A DNA stretch of 64,000 bases from Eledone cirrhosa. Taxonomy: Eukaryota. The notes below the pieces were generated by a model. It was not told the DNA's origin and searched no databases. It saw only the letters and a list, made by a program, of their open reading frames with translations. The stretch is taken from NCBI GenBank assembly GCA_964016885.1, contig OZ024742.1, positions 99,944,001 to 100,008,000 on the forward strand. Direction: 5' to 3'. Both the position numbers and the translations under genes were made by a program. How positions within the stretch are numbered: position 1 is the stretch's first letter; each line of letters opens with the position of its first letter. Positions 58,970 to 64,000 of this stretch are shown here, piece after piece.

Positions 58970-59640
58970 ACACCGTCATCGCCAGCAACCCCTCTGTTAG
59001 ACCCTCTGTTATCACTGCCAACTTCACCACCATAACCAGCAGTAGCAGCAACAGCCCAGTGCCAATGCCATCATCACCATAATCACCACTGCCAGACCCC
59101 CCACTCCAAACCCACTTGCAGCCCTGGTAACTTCACCCTTATCACCCCCCTCGTCTCCACCACTAAAATTACCATCACCCATGGCCCCAACAACAACACC
59201 GTCATTATCACCACTACCAGCAATCCCCACACCAGACAGCCCCCACCCCACACACCCAAAGTCTCTTTGATCCTCACCATCACCATCACTACCACCACCC
59301 TTACCAGCCAACCTAACCCCACCAACAACACCATTACCATCATCATCACGACCAGTATTACCAACTCCCAAACCTCACAAACAACATCACCATCACCGCG
59401 ATCACCATTAACAGCATCCACACCAACCCCACCACCATCACCGCAACCATAACTGCAATCATCCCCGACCCCACTGCTAACAGGTCCTCAAGCCCAACCA
59501 ATATCAACATCACCAACATCACCTCTTCCAACACATCCATCCCCATCAACAACATCACTGCCACCAACACCGCCACCACCACTACATCGACGGCATCATC
59601 ACCAACCACCCCATCATCACCACTATCATCCTCATCAAAA
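58970..59640. repeat. Low-complexity CAC/CAA/CAT-rich tract
   Basis: Direct reading; no continuous ORF. Confidence 0.8.
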
Positions 59641-61199
59641 CTACGAACACATCAATTCCTGGCACCATTACATTCACAAATTTCAGCATCCTGAGCGATA
59701 CTAACAACAGTACGCATGCGTACTAGAGCTGGATATTAAAGACTATTGCTCATCGGCAAGACTCGACACGAGTGCGTATGCTCAACACCCGGCGCAAGTG
59801 TACATCCGTAAGCCTCGACCTTACTACACATATGCGACCCGACTCTAGTCCCTACGTGCAAAACCCCGCATTAATGTGCATGCGCTAGAACAGACGCGAA
59901 TTTGAATTCATTAAGAATGTTTCGTTTTCATTGGAAACCGCACCACCTACCTCATCGGTTTAGAGATTAGCAATTTCAGTTGTCAGGGAGCCTTAGAAAA
60001 CAGAATGTATTGACAGTCTATTACAAACCTATATTACGGGGCCTGACCGACCGCTTCTTCTTTGCATCTGTTTCCGTCGAGAACTCTGGCGTCCTTGGTT
60101 CCCGCTCTGCTGATTTCACTCCTAAAGTCGGAAAAACAGTGGTCCTCTTGAGAAGAGTAATGTGGGGTGGCTGTTGCAGCGTGTGTCTCAGGCCATTCTA
60201 TGCGGTAATGCTTTTGCCGTTTTGTCCGGGGGGCCAGCACGACTGAGGCACCGCACAACCTGGGGTGTAGTGATTGTCGCTCCCACATACTTTTTCTTTC
60301 GTTGCTCTATCCTCCTTTCTTTATCTCCTTTTCATTTTCTATTTTATTCTTCCTCTTCTAGTGTGTTTTGGTTTTATTAGGCATTATCAGACTGTTTCCC
60401 GGTACCGGAATACCAGTTTTCCGTTGATCCATATATGTATTTTAATGAAATATATATGTAGTTACAAAAATAATTCTTTACCAATTGGTTTATTGACTAA
60501 TTTCTGCCTTTATTTTGACTTTTGAATTTACATTATCTGTATCTCTCTGTAGAACCCATTCCATAATGCCAATAATAATGCATTTGACATTCTCTTATGA
60601 ACCAAATATATAACATGAAGGAATAAAGAAGGCACAGCCACATTTTGTTTTAATTTGCGTGATATAGGTAAACATTTAGACACTAAATGTTATTTACACT
60701 TTGACGAATGTAGGGCTCATCGCATAACTTTGGGATTGTTTCAGATTTATATAAATACTTTATCGTTTTATTTACAATAAGCGCCATTTTGACAAAGTCA
60801 TTAGAGCGTCGAATTAAATGCCTCAGTATTTATTTCAGCTCCATCGACTTTGCGTTCAAATCTTTTACCGATAGATAAAGTACCAGTTCATGAGCGGTGG
60901 AGTGGTGGAATTGTTAAAGGATCGGGTGGGGTGAGAGGGGTCAAATATCCCTACTTCTGAAAAGGGATATGACTGGCAGATAATATTAGTAATGGAAAGA
61001 CTAGTGAAAACATTGCCTCCCTGGTGCAATCTGACAATCAACTCGTTTTCTTTTCTTGTTTGCTTTTTTTTTTTGCTTTTTTTTTTTAGTTAGATGTGAG
61101 AAAAGGGACCAAGAAATTATCCAGAATATACAACCTTTACTGTAGAAATAGTTATAGGAAATAATTAGCCAGAAGGTATGTTTCTGATATTCCACGCCA

Positions 61200-61700
61200 T
61201 TTTACAATTAAGGATGTATCTTTGATAGCTAAAGCATGGAAATCTGTGAAACCTGTCATTCTTGAAAATACGGAAGAAATTTTTATATATTTTCGTGCTT
61301 GGCAAATTCATTTCTGATGATGAAGATGGAGTTAACATTTATGGTTTTGATATAAGAGAAAATACAAACGAATTAATACATACACTACAAAAAACATCCA
61401 TAGAAGATCCATCAAATAATCCTGATGATAAACATATCAATGATTGGTTTGCAGTTGACAACCATATTGAATTGAAGCATTTTTTCTGGTCAGATCATAG
61501 ATATTGCAGTGAATCTTCAAAATAACGAAGCAACAATTTGTTCTGAAGAAGATGATGCTGGGTCTAAAACAAAATTCAAAATAAAACATAGATCATCATA
61601 CATGAATTCTATCTTGTTTTGAACGAAAACCAGATTAATGTGAAGCACATTATATAATCACAAATGCTTAAAATGCAAACGCTGGCTTAACTTTGACGTA
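61200..61700 (+). pseudogene. Possible pogo/Tigger transposase C-terminal relic
   Basis: IKDVSLIAKAWKSVKP and acidic INDWFAVD..EEDD segments resemble Tigger C-termini. Confidence 0.4.
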
Positions 61701-63251
61701 AATAGTCACTATTAATATTGAGTCTATATGTGTGGTGGATTAGCTGTATAGTAGAACGTCGGATAAAATGCTTTGCGGCATTTGTTCTTGCTCTTTACAT
61801 TCTGAGTTCAATTCCTGCCGAGGTCAACTTTGTATTTCATCCATTCTGGTTGATTTCGTCAACTTTACCCTTTCTCAAAATAATTACTGGCTTTGAGCCA
61901 ATTTTAAAAATAATTAAATTGACTCTATATACAACATATGAGTCTTTAATTCAGCGCATGTTTTATATGTTGAGTGCACAAACTCATAAAACAAGGATTA
62001 ATCACGATAATACACAGTTCGTAACGGGAAAGATTGATAAATAATTATATTGAAGAATGTGCATCTACAAATGAGTCATTCGTGTAGAAAAATATATTAT
62101 AGCTCTTTAGATATTTTTAAAATGTAAATATATTTATTTCATTTTTAAAAATTGTATCACTTTGTATTTATGTATTTTCTTTTCTTGCTATGGAATTATC
62201 ATATAAGTTATCTTAATTTACACTTGTGGTGTATGATCTTGATTTTGCTTTCAACATTTAAAGAATATATTATTAGTGATTTTGTTTTTTTAATTTAAAT
62301 GCTTTTTTGCGCAAATGTCTTACTGGCTTACACATTCTTATAGTCTACTCTCCGGTATGTCGGCGACAGAAGCAACTATTCAGTGCAGACGATTTGTAAA
62401 TGGCGTCTCTTTATGAATAGATGCTTTATGATAGACGGACCTCCATCGGTTTCGACAATGTGTGTTCCAGTTGTTTCATGAACGGAACAGCCTCTTTGTC
62501 AAAGTATTTTCATGTACAGACCATCTTGTATTATAATGTAAGTGGTTGAGTATTCAACAGACACGCATACCTATAACATCATTTTCAGGGAGAACCAGTG
62601 TGATACACTGCGTGAAAAGCATGGCAACGGTGACCCTTTGAATACAGTTTATCTAACGGACTTCCGAACAGTTTAATTTCACGCACGTGAATGGCAGCTT
62701 AAATGTAAAACGCAGTAGAATTGAAGGAGGAGTCATATTAGAAAACAAAATACTTAACCATTCAATATGCTGCGTTTAGATACTCTATGTAGCCTGATAG
62801 TGAATTATCATTGTTAGCGAGTGGGTTAATATATTTTTCAAGGAATCTTTATTCTAGTTTGCAGAACATTATAAACTACTCCGCAATAGTATGTTAGTTC
62901 CTTTATGTCTTTAATTATAATCCACTTTATGTTGGTATTGTTGACTTTTAACTCACTTTTATTTTTGTTTCAGCTAAAAGGTTGGTGGAGTTTCTAACTG
63001 GTCAAAAAATGATTTTTAACATACAAATGAACACACATTCACACGCATACCTACATACCTACAGACATACACATTTATATATACACTCACACACATATTT
63101 ACATACATACATACATATATACATACTTACAAATACACGTATACATATAGTTATTTACGAACATATATAAATACACATACCAATACCTACATAAAGATAT
63201 ACGCATACATATAGACATATATACATACTTAAATACATACATACCTACATA

Positions 63252-63894
63252 CGAGGGTAGGCTGAAATCAGTATAGAGTGACCATGAGGGAATGTTGTTA
63301 GAGCTATAAAATCATGCATGCATTAATTTCAACTCTTCTTATCTTTAACTACATTGATTCTTTCCAGCGACTATGTTAAAAATAAACCTTATTTCATCCT
63401 TCCATGAGAATATCTTGGTCACCCTATAAACTTTTCAACCAAGCCTTATACTTATATGCATAAATACAATCATAAATACATACACATAGGTGCATATACA
63501 CACAAGCATGAATGTATGTATATATGCTTGCATTATACATACATGCCGGTATACATCCATCCATACATCCATCCATAAAAGTTCATAGGCTGACCAAGAC
63601 ACTCTCATGCAATGACCAAATGAGGTTTATTTTTCAACATAATCCTGGGAATGAAACAATGCAATTATTAATTGTTTCTACTTTTGGCACAAGGCCAGCA
63701 ATTAATCCAGTGCATTACTGGTACTTTATTTTTTTGACCCCGTAAGGATCAAAGGCGAAGTTAACCTCGCCGTGATTTGAACTAAGACCGTAATGCAATT
63801 ATTAATAAGAAGAGTTGGAATTAATGAATGCAAGATTGCACAGCTCTAATATCAATTCTTCATGGTCACACTTGAACTTTTCAGCCTACCCTCG
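63252..63894. mobile_element. Mariner-type MITE copies, the second interrupted by a SINE (63665-63795)
   Basis: Termini ta-cgagggtaggctgaaa and tttcagcctaccctcg-ta. Confidence 0.65.
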
Positions 63895-64000
63895 TATACA
63901 CATGCATTAGACGATGTCTACCTCTATTAAACCATATATTGGACAAGTATAAATAAGCAGTTTCAAGCGAATGCTGCGGCTAAACTGAAAAAGTGTATCG

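Noticed and set aside
58813-59640. Mucin-like Thr/Ser/Pro-rich ORFs
   Set aside because: Frames are broken by stops; consistent with decayed trinucleotide repeats.
59850-60295. RNase MRP, RNase P or telomerase RNA
   Set aside because: No GAAAGUCCCC or GGAAGGUCUG CR-I motif and no telomeric template found.

Overview
This is AT-rich eukaryotic, largely intergenic DNA. The SINE families and the extreme (TA)n content resemble a coleoid cephalopod (octopus-like) genome, which is an inference. I found no convincing host protein-coding gene, and the long YI/IY ORFs are microsatellite artefacts. Recognisable content: two degraded Penelope-like retroelements (Neptune-like at ~5.0-6.9 kb; Nematis-like with pLTRs at 10.7-14.1 kb), L1/Tx1-type LINEs (39.0-40.0 kb and a chimeric tandem at 41.1-48.0 kb), a near-intact mariner (54.1-55.4 kb) plus mariner/pogo relics, many tRNA-derived SINEs, a decaying tRNA-Val cluster and multi-kb (TA)n arrays. 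The main observation is about nine distinct repeat families that each carry a type I hammerhead ribozyme folded by eye: eight non-coding families plus the pLTR of the Nematis-like element. They sit in or against (TA)n tracts, and most occur as tandem multimers and/or fold-back insertions. The clearest is a 591-bp tandem array (34.5-37.8 kb) whose hammerhead has a compensatory U3-A8 core. Together they look like a retrozyme / non-autonomous Penelope system targeting TA microsatellites, with a parent element and its derivatives in the same window. A non-repeat GC-rich segment near 60.1-60.3 kb has an H/ACA-like ncRNA signature. All folds are manual and untested.
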